A DNA stretch of 64,000 bases from Acidobacteria bacterium UBA2990. GTDB lineage: Bacteria; Acidobacteriota; Vicinamibacteria; Vicinamibacterales; UBA8438. Positions 9,900 through 19,949 of the stretch are shown in pieces. The stretch spans positions 91,544 through 155,543 of the forward strand of contig DEAE01000002.1 in assembly GCA_002347025.1 (NCBI GenBank), in the 5' to 3' direction. The notes beneath the pieces were generated by a model. That model was not told the origin of the DNA. It did not search any database and saw only the letters and a list, made by a program, of their open reading frames with translations. The translations under genes and the position numbers were made by a program. Positions within the stretch are counted from its first letter, which is position 1. Each line of letters opens with the position of its first letter.

Positions 9900-10481
9900 T
9901 CACAGTGTCCAACACGCGAGCTGTTTCCTGCATGTGCAAAACCGGCCAAGCCGGCATATCGCGAGTTCTCGAGCGGTGAACCGAAAGGGCGCTATGGTCA
10001 GTGGCTGTGTGCCGATGCCGATGGTTATGTGGGGTAGGTAACGTGTGTAGCTTGACCGGTTGCGGAAATTGGTCACCCACGAAATGTCGGCTAGCCTGGG
10101 AGGAGCACCGTCGGTTTGGAACGATTCTGGACTGCCGGTCTGGACTTCAAAAGTTGTCATGGCGTCCATCAAGGCCTCATGGAGGTGTTGTAGAGGCTCC
10201 TGAGGTTCAACTGTTAGTACCTGAGCGGTGCCTCCAGTATGAGCTCCGGTGACATGAAGTTTTAGCGGCTGGTGATTAGGCAGGATTTGTTCAAGGCATG
10301 AAGAGATCTCACAAATTTGATCTTCTGACACAAAGTGTTGCCCCAAAGTTATGTGAGGATGATGGGAGTGGTCGAAGAGGAACCCTCCATTTTCTAGCTG
10401 ATCTAATTGTTCATTCAGTTGTTGTGCTATCTGTTGCGCCGTGGGTGGTAAGAGTAGGGCAATGTCGAGTGCGATTGTCAT
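9900..10481 (-). CDS. 2H phosphoesterase superfamily protein (LigT-like)
   Basis: Two HxT motifs with the expected spacing: HPHITLGQ and LPHITIGIG. Confidence 0.6.
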   Translation of the reverse strand: MTIALDIALLLPPTAQQIAQQLNEQLDQLENGGFLFDHSHHPHITLGQHFVSEDQICEISSCLEQILPNHQPLKLHVTGAHTGGTAQVLTVEPQEPLQHLHEALMDAMTTFEVQTGSPESFQTDGAPPRLADISWVTNFRNRSSYTRYLPHITIGIGTQPLTIAPFRFTARELAICRLGRFCTCRKQLACWTL

Positions 10482-10735
10482 GGTGGTGATCCATTTCGAC
10501 TAAGGTCGGCGAGCCGTGACTGATGTCTATCTGGGGTATGAAGGTTAGGGAAAGGCCCCATGTCGATCAGGAGAGTAGAAACCCGCTTGTAGTAACTTGT
10601 AGGAAGGGCAGACTAGCACTTGGGATCTCTTGGTGGTTTCAGCGGTTTTGTCTAATGCTCAACGGGAAACAATGCCAAGGGCAGATTGCATCAGGCGAGA
10701 GTCGCACTGCGACTGACGTTGCATTGGCCATCGGT

Positions 10736-11932
10736 TCAGAGATCGCGAGTCTTGGGGCAGGATTCTAGAATTGGTTGGAGCTTATCGAGTAGGGCCGCCT
10801 GCTCTTTGTCTGAGCCGATCGTGATGCGGAGCATCTCATCGAGAGGAGGTTCGTCGAAATGCCGAACAAGAATCCCGGCCTTTGTGAGTCGGTGATAGAG
10901 ATGCCTAGCATTCACCCCAGGCGGCCGTACAAGTAGGAAATTGGCTTGACTAGGGAATACCTTGAAGTCGAGGGACTCTAATGCCTTGGCCAAGTGTGCT
11001 CGGCTTGACGTAATTCGGCCAATGATTGCCTGGGTGTATTCAACATCTCGGATGGCTGCGGCTCCGACTCTCACGGCTACAGCATTGACGTTGTAGCTAT
11101 CTTTCACCTTGATCAAGGTGTTTATTATAGTCGGGTGTGCGATCGCGAATCCCAGGCGTAAACCCGCTAGAGCATGACTCTTGGAAAGTGTGCGCAGGAC
11201 CACAACATTGTTCACATGTCTGACTAAATCAAGGGCATTTTCGTTTGCGAACGCGACGTAGGCTTCGTCAATCACGAGGAGTCCGTCAAGCGATTCGGCT
11301 AGGGCGGATAGTTGGGCCAACGACACGCTCGTTCCGGTCGGGCTGTTCGGATTAGCTACGAAAGTCAGAGCGCCACGTGCTTGGACTAGGTCGTCGGTCG
11401 GTAGTCGGAAATGGTCGTCGTAGGGGACTTCAATTACAGGAGCCTTCTGGATGGCTGCGAGGGTTCGGTATAAGACATAGGTAGGTGTTGGGTAGACGAC
11501 AGGCCGTCCGGGGCCGGTCACAGCACGAACCAGTATGGTTAACAGGTCATCGCTGCCATTCCCAGGGAGGATCCATTCTGGGTCGAACCCTAAGACCTCT
11601 GAGGCGGCTTCCCTGAACTCTCGGCCTAACGGGTCCGGGTAGCGGCGAAGTGCTTCACCTTTGAGTTCTTTAAGTGCTGCCACTGCTGCTGGACTCGGTG
11701 AGTAAGGGTTTTCATTAGTGTTGAGCTTGACCACTGACATACCTGGTTCTGGCTGCAGGCCAGGTACATATTGCTGTAGGCTGTCGATGTCGTCTCTGAA
11801 GAAAGACACAAGTTTCAAATCAAATGATGAGGAAGGGAAAGTGTCAGCGTGTCCAGTCAAAGCTGTGCGTGGTTGTGGCAATGTTGGTTGGCCCAAGAGG
11901 TGTGACATTCGGACCGGCGAGGTGCTCGCCAA
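10736..11932 (-). CDS. hisC: Histidinol-phosphate aminotransferase
   Basis: KLNTNENPYSPSP, YPDP, and the PLP-lysine region LRTLSKSHALAGLRLGFA. The annotated TTG start at 11932 overlaps the upstream gene by 89 nt. The real start may be an internal TTG or GTG near 11818-11809. Confidence 0.85.
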   Translation of the reverse strand: MASTSPVRMSHLLGQPTLPQPRTALTGHADTFPSSSFDLKLVSFFRDDIDSLQQYVPGLQPEPGMSVVKLNTNENPYSPSPAAVAALKELKGEALRRYPDPLGREFREAASEVLGFDPEWILPGNGSDDLLTILVRAVTGPGRPVVYPTPTYVLYRTLAAIQKAPVIEVPYDDHFRLPTDDLVQARGALTFVANPNSPTGTSVSLAQLSALAESLDGLLVIDEAYVAFANENALDLVRHVNNVVVLRTLSKSHALAGLRLGFAIAHPTIINTLIKVKDSYNVNAVAVRVGAAAIRDVEYTQAIIGRITSSRAHLAKALESLDFKVFPSQANFLLVRPPGVNARHLYHRLTKAGILVRHFDEPPLDEMLRITIGSDKEQAALLDKLQPILESCPKTRDL

Positions 11933-12341
11933 ATTCTCCGTAGCGTGTACGAACGCTGTCAGGTTGTGGGGCGACAGGGAACTGGACCTGAATCTCGACC
12001 TTCCCGGGTGACCAATAGCTGGTGTTCACTCGAGCCGTGTACTGACCAGCTTGGACTACAGCCGTTCCATCCGAAATTAGGTTTTGAGCCGGCCATTCGT
12101 TCGACGGGAGCTGGTTGCCCAATTCGTGGCTAACAACATAAGTCACTACAGCGCCATCTGGCAGGTCGGTTGAGCCTTCGATACGTAACTCCCGCCATCT
12201 TGTCTGGTGGTCGACTTCTAGCACAACGGGTTGGCCATCGGGAACTGGTGACGATACTTCGCCTGGGGGGCTATCCCGATCGGGGCTGCACCCACAGGCG
12301 CATAGTAGCCAGATGAGTATGCCCCTCGTCACAATTCCCAT
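11844..12341 (-). CDS. Hypothetical lipoprotein
   Basis: The signal ends in LLCACGC (lipobox-like). No other motif. Confidence 0.45.
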   Translation of the reverse strand: MGIVTRGILIWLLCACGCSPDRDSPPGEVSSPVPDGQPVVLEVDHQTRWRELRIEGSTDLPDGAVVTYVVSHELGNQLPSNEWPAQNLISDGTAVVQAGQYTARVNTSYWSPGKVEIQVQFPVAPQPDSVRTRYGEFGEHLAGPNVTPLGPTNIATTTHSFDWTR

Positions 12342-12459
12342 GATTCTACCATTATAGCCGCCTGTGGCTTGCTCCCGTGTTTTGGGTGGGTGACGGGCTG
12401 GATGGATATAGACGTTTGTCCGGAATATCGCGTAGGCTAAGGGCTAATAGAGGATCGGA

Positions 12460-12780
12460 ATGGTTGACCAAAAAGATGATCGAATCGGACCGCTGCGGCG
12501 TTTGGTTGACGCTGTTGAGGACAGTGATACGCTAGATCTGGTTCACGCTGTGTTCGAATTACTAGAGCAGGACACTAGCAGAGTAATTGATCAGACTCAT
12601 ATCGCCCGAGATATCGCTGGACGAACAAAAGCAGGAGATTGGTTCGGGAATACTGAGTTGGTGGAAGTGTTGTCTGATGCTGATTATTTCCTGCGTGTCT
12701 ACAAGCAGCAGCGCGATGACATAGGTGAACTCAAGGACGTGTTGCGCGAGAGACAGGGACGGCTTAAGCCCTCAAGTTAA
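12460..12780 (+). CDS. Hypothetical protein
   Basis: 106-aa acidic ORF in an otherwise empty interval. No motif recognised. Confidence 0.3.
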   Translation: MVDQKDDRIGPLRRLVDAVEDSDTLDLVHAVFELLEQDTSRVIDQTHIARDIAGRTKAGDWFGNTELVEVLSDADYFLRVYKQQRDDIGELKDVLRERQGRLKPSS

Positions 12781-12799
12781 ACCGTCCTATAACTTCCCA

Positions 12800-13534
12800 T
12801 CAGTCCCGTTTGAGATGGCTTTTCAGACTTGCTATTCGGGATTTGACCGGTGGGTGAGTAGACAGGTATTCACCGAGACCGAGTGAGCCACTAGTAGGTT
12901 CGAGGGCGAGGAAGCGAGTAAGTAAACGAATGGCCCCGTCTGGATCAAAGCCAGCAGACTTGACTAACAGCCCGCCAAGTGCATCGGCCTCATATTCCTG
13001 ATCTCGAGAATAGGCCCCTTCAAGCCAATGCATACCGACTTGGCGAAGCCAGGGAGCAACAGCTCCACTTCCTGGGGTCATTACCGAAGCCGCTGAATAT
13101 GCAGTTTGCCGCAGTAGCCGGTTGATGGCGTGTCTGCGAATGACATGAGCCATCTCGTGGGCAATGACGAATGCCATTTCATCATGGTCTCGCTCGCAGA
13201 GCTCAGTCAGGGCTTGGGTTATGAAGATGAACCCTCCCGGGAGTGCGTAGGCTGATGGCGACTGTTCACAGACCACATTTGCTTCGAACTGATGGAGCTT
13301 ATTGCGAACTACGTTGCTCAGTCGAGAGGTTAGCTTGGTGATTACTTGGTTGAGGGAAGGGTCGACGGACTGTCCTGTTTGCTCTCGGATGACCCCTGCC
13401 ATCTCAAAACCTACGCCGTATTCTGCCCTCAGGGATTCGGTTGAGTTGCCAGTTAATGAACTCCAGACCCACTTGATCTTGCGGGCCTTGCTCGCTGTTA
13501 GGCGGCCTAATTTGTAGGGATAACTGAAGGGCAT
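12800..13534 (-). CDS. M48-family zinc metallopeptidase
   Basis: HEMAHVIRRH (HExxH) with downstream EYEADALG, typical of M48/HtpX-like peptidases. Confidence 0.7.
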   Translation of the reverse strand: MPFSYPYKLGRLTASKARKIKWVWSSLTGNSTESLRAEYGVGFEMAGVIREQTGQSVDPSLNQVITKLTSRLSNVVRNKLHQFEANVVCEQSPSAYALPGGFIFITQALTELCERDHDEMAFVIAHEMAHVIRRHAINRLLRQTAYSAASVMTPGSGAVAPWLRQVGMHWLEGAYSRDQEYEADALGGLLVKSAGFDPDGAIRLLTRFLALEPTSGSLGLGEYLSTHPPVKSRIASLKSHLKRD

Positions 13535-13784
13535 ACTCTCGGTGGAGAACTTTCGGACTGTTGCGATTTGGTGACCTAAAGCCTAGCACTAGGAAGTATG
13601 AACACCTAGTGGTGTTCGGCGGCCTTTTGATGGAAATAGGGAATTGCTTGGTCTATAGATCCCTAAATTGTTGCTATCTTTAACTGCTGCCATATTGCAT
13701 CAATAGAACTATCCCAGTGCAGCAGACAGGTTCGAATCTCGAGCTGTGAGTCTTTTGCTTGACTGGCATTGTTAGGATTTCCTT

Positions 13785-15371
13785 GTGAATAGAATCAAGC
13801 GGTTGGGGCTTATGACTGTGGTTGCACTGTGGGCCTTTGTTCCGCGTTGGACGTCTGCGCAAGAGCTTGCTTCTCCAGTTATCGGGACAATCGAAGTGGT
13901 TACTCAGGAAGTTTTCAACGAGTCTGGTGGTGACTTCCAAGGGCTATACCGGGTGGCAAATGGGATTCATGTGAGAACCCGTGAGAGGGTGATCCTCCGA
14001 GAGTTGCTCTTTGAGACTGGAGAGCCTGTCGATCAGGAACTCATTGAACAGACAGAACGCAATCTTCGGACGCTGCCGTTCTTGCGGGATGCACGTGTTG
14101 AAACATATGCGGTAGATGACGATCTTGATGGAGACGTCGACCGAGTTGATGTGCGTATAACCACATGGGACGGATGGTCGTTGGCGCCACGATTTGACAT
14201 CTCTAGACTGCACGACCGGACGCTTTGGGAGCTTGGTTTATCAGAAAAAAATCTGTTCGGTTGGGGAAAGGCGATGAGAGGGTCACACCGCGTGACCCTT
14301 GACCGGTCAATTGATCAATTTGTTTTTGAAGATTATCAAGTGTTCGGCTCAAATGTTGCCATGGAAGCGTCGTTGGCAGACATGAGTGATGGTTCTGAGC
14401 AGTTTCTGAAATTTGATCGTGGATATTTATCGTTGGTAGACCCATGGACTGTAGCAATGGGAGCTGGTCGCTTCAATCGCACTGACCCACTCTTTAATAA
14501 TGGGGTAGAAGAGGGTCGGTTACAGCATGTTGGCCGGTGGGGTGATGTCGAGGTCGGAAGGGCTATTCGGCAGCAAGGGAATAGGGTAATTCGCGTCCAT
14601 GGGGCTTATCGAATACGCGACGAGCAAGTTGGTATTCAGTCCAGAGATTTCGCTATTGCTGAGTTTGGTGTTCGAGCCTTGTCCCATCGGTTTGTCCGAT
14701 TGAACCACGTCAACCAATTCGATCGTACCGAAGATTTCAATTTGGGGTTCCAAGTGCATGGCACATTAGGCTTGTCGTCTCCGGTCTTGGGTGGGCAGGA
14801 GGACCGGGCCATGATGGTGGCATTTGGGCATGACCAAGGGTTTCGTTTCCGCGATGACCACTTTCTATTGATGGGGTTCAGATTCTCTGGTCGCCATGAA
14901 AAGGCAGCGTGGCGTAATTCCTTAGCGGATGCAAGCCTACGTTACCTGCGGAAGCATTCTTTAAAGCGAGCTTTAGTTGGAAAGGTACATTACCGGTATG
15001 GACACAGCCTGGACCCAGAGGTGCAGATCTTGCTGGGTGCCGAGACGGGGCTTCGCGGCTACCCTATTCGTCAGTTTGAAGGCAATCGTTCGTTCCTTCT
15101 CTCCCTTGAAGAGCGATGGTTTGTGGTGGATGACCTGGGTCAGCTGTTGTCGCTAGGCTTTGCCGGGTTTGTCGACAGTGGTTTTGTGTGGTCTGAATTA
15201 ACACCTGTCGACCCTGCGGACCTGAAGACAGCCGTTGGTGTTAGCGTGCTTCTGGGGAGTACTCGGTTGTCGAGGCGACCGGGCATTAGAATCGATATTG
15301 GCTATGGTCTGAACGCAGTTGAAGGAGCCTCTCGGTTGGTGTTTGCGGCAGGGTCAGACCTTCAGTTCTAG
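13785..15371 (+). CDS. Omp85/BamA-family outer-membrane beta-barrel protein (POTRA plus surface-antigen domain)
   Basis: Signal peptide, a POTRA-like N-terminus (IGTIEVVTQEVFNE...RELLFETGEPVD), alternating beta-strand pattern and a C-terminal aromatic residue (SDLQF). Confidence 0.6.
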   Translation: MNRIKRLGLMTVVALWAFVPRWTSAQELASPVIGTIEVVTQEVFNESGGDFQGLYRVANGIHVRTRERVILRELLFETGEPVDQELIEQTERNLRTLPFLRDARVETYAVDDDLDGDVDRVDVRITTWDGWSLAPRFDISRLHDRTLWELGLSEKNLFGWGKAMRGSHRVTLDRSIDQFVFEDYQVFGSNVAMEASLADMSDGSEQFLKFDRGYLSLVDPWTVAMGAGRFNRTDPLFNNGVEEGRLQHVGRWGDVEVGRAIRQQGNRVIRVHGAYRIRDEQVGIQSRDFAIAEFGVRALSHRFVRLNHVNQFDRTEDFNLGFQVHGTLGLSSPVLGGQEDRAMMVAFGHDQGFRFRDDHFLLMGFRFSGRHEKAAWRNSLADASLRYLRKHSLKRALVGKVHYRYGHSLDPEVQILLGAETGLRGYPIRQFEGNRSFLLSLEERWFVVDDLGQLLSLGFAGFVDSGFVWSELTPVDPADLKTAVGVSVLLGSTRLSRRPGIRIDIGYGLNAVEGASRLVFAAGSDLQF

Positions 15372-15382
15372 TTGCTACTGAC

Positions 15383-16006
15383 ATGGGCGTTAGAGGACTA
15401 CCGACGAACTTGGTTTCGGATAGGCAAGCTCCCTGGCGTGTAGGTGCGATGTTTGCGTTGGCTGCCTGTCTCCCTGTCCTCTTTGTTCAAATTGGAGTGC
15501 CACTAATCGGTATTTGGGGAGGCTTTGTCGGGAGCACGCTGCGTCACCCATTCGTCTTGTTGGTGGCGGTATCAGGTGCAGGAGGACAGTGGGTCGGCGG
15601 GAGACTCTGGCACGGGCTGAAAAGCCGGGCAGTCTTCGGAGCGGCTTTTGCGTCTGCTCTAGCGGGTCCCCTATTGGCTGTTACTGGACTCGAATCATTC
15701 TCTGCCTATGAAACGGTGCCCCGTTTGTCATTGGGGTTTGTTCCGGTTTTCGCGGTGCCATATAGCTTCCTAGGGTTGGTTAGTGCCGCCTTGAGTGGTG
15801 CGTCTTTGCCAAGAACGTTTCAATTGATGGGAAGGTTCGGAGTCGGCGGGATGTTCGGAGGCCTGGTTCTTGCAGTTGTTGTGGTGGGTGCAGGTGAGCA
15901 GTCAGGTGTCCTCGCTGGGACTCTCAGGGCAGTTGGTCCTGGAATCGCCTGTGGTCTTCCGGCTGCGATTGGTGGGTCTGCTCTTGCCAAACTGTCGGTT
16001 GCTTAG
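15383..16006 (+). CDS. Gly/Ala-rich integral membrane protein, hypothetical
   Basis: 207 aa with multiple hydrophobic helices. It starts 12 nt after the Omp85-like gene. Confidence 0.4.
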   Translation: MGVRGLPTNLVSDRQAPWRVGAMFALAACLPVLFVQIGVPLIGIWGGFVGSTLRHPFVLLVAVSGAGGQWVGGRLWHGLKSRAVFGAAFASALAGPLLAVTGLESFSAYETVPRLSLGFVPVFAVPYSFLGLVSAALSGASLPRTFQLMGRFGVGGMFGGLVLAVVVVGAGEQSGVLAGTLRAVGPGIACGLPAAIGGSALAKLSVA

Positions 16007-16056
16007 GTAGCAATACGAATTGATGGGTGCTAACTGGATAGGGTTGGTGATGACCA

Positions 16057-16725
16057 CTAGGGTGAGTAATTCCACTGCCGTTCTGATTGACGTTCACTGC
16101 AGTAGACATAATAGAGGCTGACGGCTGATAAAACATGCCACACGGCATGTGGTTGAATGAAATGTTCGAGTTCGCCACCAAAACAACCTATGCCGGCGTG
16201 GTCTAGTCCGAGTAAAAGCGTTCCACAGACCAGTAACCACTTTGCGCGGCTGGCATCTGCATTCTCGGTCGACGTGTGTCGCCACAGCCACAGCACGATT
16301 AGGGCCTGGGTGGCAACGAGTGCGAAACCTAGACCGATGTGGACTTGAGGTGCGGTGAGACCAAGAACAGCAAATCCGGTGGTTAGTGACTGCAGTCGAG
16401 ATGGTGGGAAATATTTTCGACGGACTAATGCTGCGGCGAGGAGGTAGCCGGTGAGCAGGGAAATGGCCCCAAGGTCAATGCGCTGAAATATGTCTCTGAA
16501 TCCAGCGTGGAAGATCAGGGACACTGTGCCGATGAAGCCTACTAGAACAGGTAGGAACCGAGCCGAGAGCATGCGATCTGTGCTTCGGAATTGCAGCCAG
16601 AGAATGGCAGCAACCACAAGGTAGGCTAGCGCCGAGATGGTCTCCGTTGGGTGGACGATCCAGCCTTCAAGGTCAGGTTCACATGTGCTTAGTCTCGCTC
16701 GCTCCAGAGAGCTCCAGGGTGTCAT
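16057..16725 (-). CDS. Alkaline-ceramidase-like integral membrane protein (PF05875-like)
   Basis: About 7 TM helices, an N-terminal CEPDLEGWIVHPTETISALAYL and a C-terminal HAVWH (HxxxH) in the last helix. It overlaps the upstream neutral ceramidase gene by 4 nt. Confidence 0.4.
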   Translation of the reverse strand: MTPWSSLERARLSTCEPDLEGWIVHPTETISALAYLVVAAILWLQFRSTDRMLSARFLPVLVGFIGTVSLIFHAGFRDIFQRIDLGAISLLTGYLLAAALVRRKYFPPSRLQSLTTGFAVLGLTAPQVHIGLGFALVATQALIVLWLWRHTSTENADASRAKWLLVCGTLLLGLDHAGIGCFGGELEHFIQPHAVWHVLSAVSLYYVYCSERQSERQWNYSP

Positions 16726-18353
16726 CGTTCTGCAATGGCCATGTCGCGAGCAGCATCTATAAGCTCACTCCAGGCCTGTGCGACGTCGTCGCCGAAACGC
16801 TTGCCGATGGTGACCCATTCCTCATAGTGGTTTGGATGGCTAAAGTTCCACCAACCGACATTGTCATGGAGTGGAACCATATACGAGAGGTAATCCTGAG
16901 CTGATCCAATTACTGCATGATGGATGCCTGGCATAGCTGAGTCGACTCCCTCCATTGCCGGAAAGTGCCAGATTCCCCATTCGCCGTAGTCTGCTGTGCT
17001 GGCCTGTCGCCCCAGAAAGTAGGCGGGATCGATTTCACCGGGAGCAGTCAAAATGCTCAACGGGCCTAGTTGAACCAGGCTGACCTCGGTCATTACGCAG
17101 CCGAGGATGCCTCGGCACCGATCCCAGTCGTATCTCTGGGTATCTTGTGAGTCCACATCTTGATGCCAAACAGACCAGGTGGCAAGAAGATGGATGAGGT
17201 TGTCGACGGGGGTGGAGATTTGGCGTGTCAGTATCCTAATATTATCAGGTTGGCTGGTTGGAGCGCGGTCGAGGGCAGCTGCTGCTGCGCTCGCGATTTC
17301 ATATCCAGTGGAGCGTATCTTGTCCCACCCTTCAGTAACCAAAGCCGGCCGCTTCTTCCCATCTTTGCCCGGTTCATACACTCGCTCACCAGTGGCACTC
17401 CATAGTGGAACCGGTGTGCTCCGGAGGCCTCCAATTTGGTTTCCTAGGGTGCCGACTACATAGATTGCGATGCCGCCGCGCGTGCGTTCCATATACTCGC
17501 GAAGATAGTGTGGATAGTCGCTCGAGATTAGTCGGTTGTCACTGCCGAGTGTATCTGGATGGTTGTGCCAGTTGACTAGGGTAGCGATTGGCTGTCCGTC
17601 ATCAATACCGACGAACTCTGCAGCAACGATGTTGGTGTTCCGAACTATAGGATCACGCTGGTCTCTTTGGATGAGAAAGCGATCGTAGTGGGTTGGGCCT
17701 GTGCTGAATTGGTTGTTGATGTCCGGCAGGTGGCATGTAGAAGCAGATTTCAGGCGAGAGGTTCCAGCGTCGATACATGAGACGTGTGTGGTTGTGACGG
17801 TGGCCATGGTAGCTGGCCGGAGCGTGGAGATCGCTTGGTCGATCGACTCGTAAATTTTTTCGCGAATCTGACCTGCGTATCGACGGTTGTGGTCTGGGAT
17901 CAACGTTGACCAGAAGCCACTGGCATCTGGGGCTGAGTGCGTGTGGGTTGAATGGATGATGACGTGAGATGTAGGAATGCCGTGGATTGCGGTCACTCTA
18001 CGTCGCACGCGGTTGATGTGCTTGTGACTGAGTCCAGGGAGATCTGTGGACACGATGATAAGGGTGTCGCCGGTGGAATCCCGCAATGCGAGTGTTCGGG
18101 CCCACAATGGGTCATGAATCCCATTGGCTACTCGAGCGTCGTTTCGAAAGGGGACATAGGGACTAAAACCAGCTAGGTGTACCCACCGATAACATTGGCG
18201 AATTTCGTCATATGGATCGCCATTTGAATTTCCGGTTGCGCTTTTGCACAGGTTTGGCGTGATTTCGATTGCCCCTGCCCCAGCCTGAAATTGTGCTATG
18301 GCTGGTGATGTGCAGAGTGTAATGAGTGTAGCGTTCAGCCAGAAGTGTTTCAC
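16722..18353 (-). CDS. Neutral/alkaline non-lysosomal ceramidase family protein, secreted
   Basis: Signal peptide then AGAGAIEITP, DPLWARTLALRD...LIIVSTDL and IHSTHTHSAPD. These match the N-terminal signature blocks of neutral ceramidases. Confidence 0.6.
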   Translation of the reverse strand: MKHFWLNATLITLCTSPAIAQFQAGAGAIEITPNLCKSATGNSNGDPYDEIRQCYRWVHLAGFSPYVPFRNDARVANGIHDPLWARTLALRDSTGDTLIIVSTDLPGLSHKHINRVRRRVTAIHGIPTSHVIIHSTHTHSAPDASGFWSTLIPDHNRRYAGQIREKIYESIDQAISTLRPATMATVTTTHVSCIDAGTSRLKSASTCHLPDINNQFSTGPTHYDRFLIQRDQRDPIVRNTNIVAAEFVGIDDGQPIATLVNWHNHPDTLGSDNRLISSDYPHYLREYMERTRGGIAIYVVGTLGNQIGGLRSTPVPLWSATGERVYEPGKDGKKRPALVTEGWDKIRSTGYEIASAAAAALDRAPTSQPDNIRILTRQISTPVDNLIHLLATWSVWHQDVDSQDTQRYDWDRCRGILGCVMTEVSLVQLGPLSILTAPGEIDPAYFLGRQASTADYGEWGIWHFPAMEGVDSAMPGIHHAVIGSAQDYLSYMVPLHDNVGWWNFSHPNHYEEWVTIGKRFGDDVAQAWSELIDAARDMAIAER

Positions 18354-18518
18354 GCCTACATCGTAGCGCGCCCTGGCTTGAGAATCGATTCTCTATTGAG
18401 AAAACAGACTCTTGATTTTGCCTTGTGCGGAGCTAAGTTTTGGGCAAATGTGCTCTGTTCTAGACTTAGGGTTTGATTTATATGTGTTCCTTGCTGCTCT
18501 GGCTTTGCGAAGCGGGTA

Positions 18519-19115
18519 CTAGGGTAGCCTCCAACCCAGGTATATGCCGATGGCTTGTATGTCTGGATTATGGCTGCTGCCATTGAGGCTATTGTTAGAT
18601 ACGTGCAACCAATGGAAGCCCGTGATGAATTGGCCGTTTGCGCTCTGGTGGCTCTGCAACCCGAGTCCGACCTGAGACACGAAGTTGAACCGGGTGCCTA
18701 GTTTCGGTATCTGGGTCGATGCGTATGACAACCCGCCGCTGCCTTCGGCAAGGATAGAGAAGCTACTGAACCGAATGAGGTTCTGGCGGAGCACGAATGA
18801 CCAGGTTGGCAGAAAGGCGTTCTGACCAGGACTCGGGACCACATGAAGGAGTGCAGTTTGGACTCCGATTGCCCTGTTCGGCCCCATATTTCGAGCTAAG
18901 AGGACTTTTCCGCCAACTAGCTGTTCTCGGTGTTCGTTGAGGTCCCAGGCTTCTAGGAAGAAGGCTCCGCCCATCTCGACATACCAATTTTGTAGTGGTG
19001 GCTTGTCTGTTGATGGAGAGGGGTTGGCGTGGACCGTTACCGTTAGGAATGACACCCCTAAAGTCAGGTATGCCAGTCTGTAAGTTCCTAGCATGGTGAA
19101 GTCTCTATCTCCCAA
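18519..19115 (-). CDS. Acyloxyacyl hydrolase / lipid A 3-O-deacylase (PagL)-like outer-membrane protein
   Basis: Small beta-barrel-like sequence with WLHVSNNSLNGSSHNPDIQAIGIYLGW, resembling the PagL H-x-S-N...N-x-G block. Confidence 0.4.
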   Translation of the reverse strand: MGDRDFTMLGTYRLAYLTLGVSFLTVTVHANPSPSTDKPPLQNWYVEMGGAFFLEAWDLNEHREQLVGGKVLLARNMGPNRAIGVQTALLHVVPSPGQNAFLPTWSFVLRQNLIRFSSFSILAEGSGGLSYASTQIPKLGTRFNFVSQVGLGLQSHQSANGQFITGFHWLHVSNNSLNGSSHNPDIQAIGIYLGWRLP

Positions 19116-19293
19116 TCACCCAAAATATCTAACTGGCGAGGTAGTTCTGTAGTGGTCGAGTGACAGCTACGAGAAGCACCCTCCGTCTGGAGAAGCAGAT
19201 GGTGTCGGTTCTGCAATGTATCGCCACTCACGCACGGTAAGAGCGCTTCCTGGTCGAGGGGGGTGCTGGGAAAGATAGACTTTTCGATCTCAT

Positions 19294-19821
19294 CTAAGGA
19301 CTTGGAATGTTAGTCAAGTCGGTTGTTTCAGCGCCCCTAAACTTCGCCCAGGCGTCTGCAAGAGAGGCTGGTTCGCATCGACTGACGATGGTTCGGCTAC
19401 CGCTTTCAGCCAGTAGCTCGTGGCGTCGTAGTTCAACCTCGCATCCGCCAATGCCTTTGAAGCAGCCAATCTGTTCTAGCGGTGTGTCGCCGTCTTTCCA
19501 TACGGAGCAGTAAATGGGGTTTGTCAGTGACTCACAGCGTTCTGACGTCGTGTAGCCCGAGTAATTTGGCAATGAGCGGACAAACTCGGTGCATGTGTCT
19601 AGTCCCGAAAACTCGCCACGTGAGAAATCTATTTCACCCCACGGGAGTAGGTTGATAAAGATGTGGTCCGGAAGGTCTGGTGCTTCGATGGCCTCGGTGC
19701 TGATTTCAGCGGTTTCTATGCTAGGTGCTTCTTGGGAAGGTGGGGCCGAGCAGGTGGCGACTAGGGTGGCAGCGAGGATGGTGGGTAAAGGGCGCGTTTG
19801 TTGCTTGATTCGCGGTTGCAT
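19294..19821 (-). CDS. Cys-rich hypothetical lipoprotein
   Basis: Signal with LVATC lipobox and several Cys in the mature part. No family recognised. Confidence 0.4.
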   Translation of the reverse strand: MQPRIKQQTRPLPTILAATLVATCSAPPSQEAPSIETAEISTEAIEAPDLPDHIFINLLPWGEIDFSRGEFSGLDTCTEFVRSLPNYSGYTTSERCESLTNPIYCSVWKDGDTPLEQIGCFKGIGGCEVELRRHELLAESGSRTIVSRCEPASLADAWAKFRGAETTDLTNIPSP

Positions 19822-19949
19822 GTCGAATCGAGTATACAGGTCTCTAGCCGAACTTATGCGTTCCGGAGATACTGTGCTTGGATTCGGCTGGCGGAAGTGC
19901 GCCTGTCCGAGAGTACAATACTACTTTACCTACATGTGGTGACGGGGGG

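Noticed and set aside
13729-13738. GGTTCGAATC, a tRNA T-loop-like string, in the intergenic region upstream of the Omp85-like gene
   Set aside because: The flanking bases (ACAGG / CTCGA) cannot form a T-stem, and no acceptor or anticodon arms can be drawn. It is not a tRNA.
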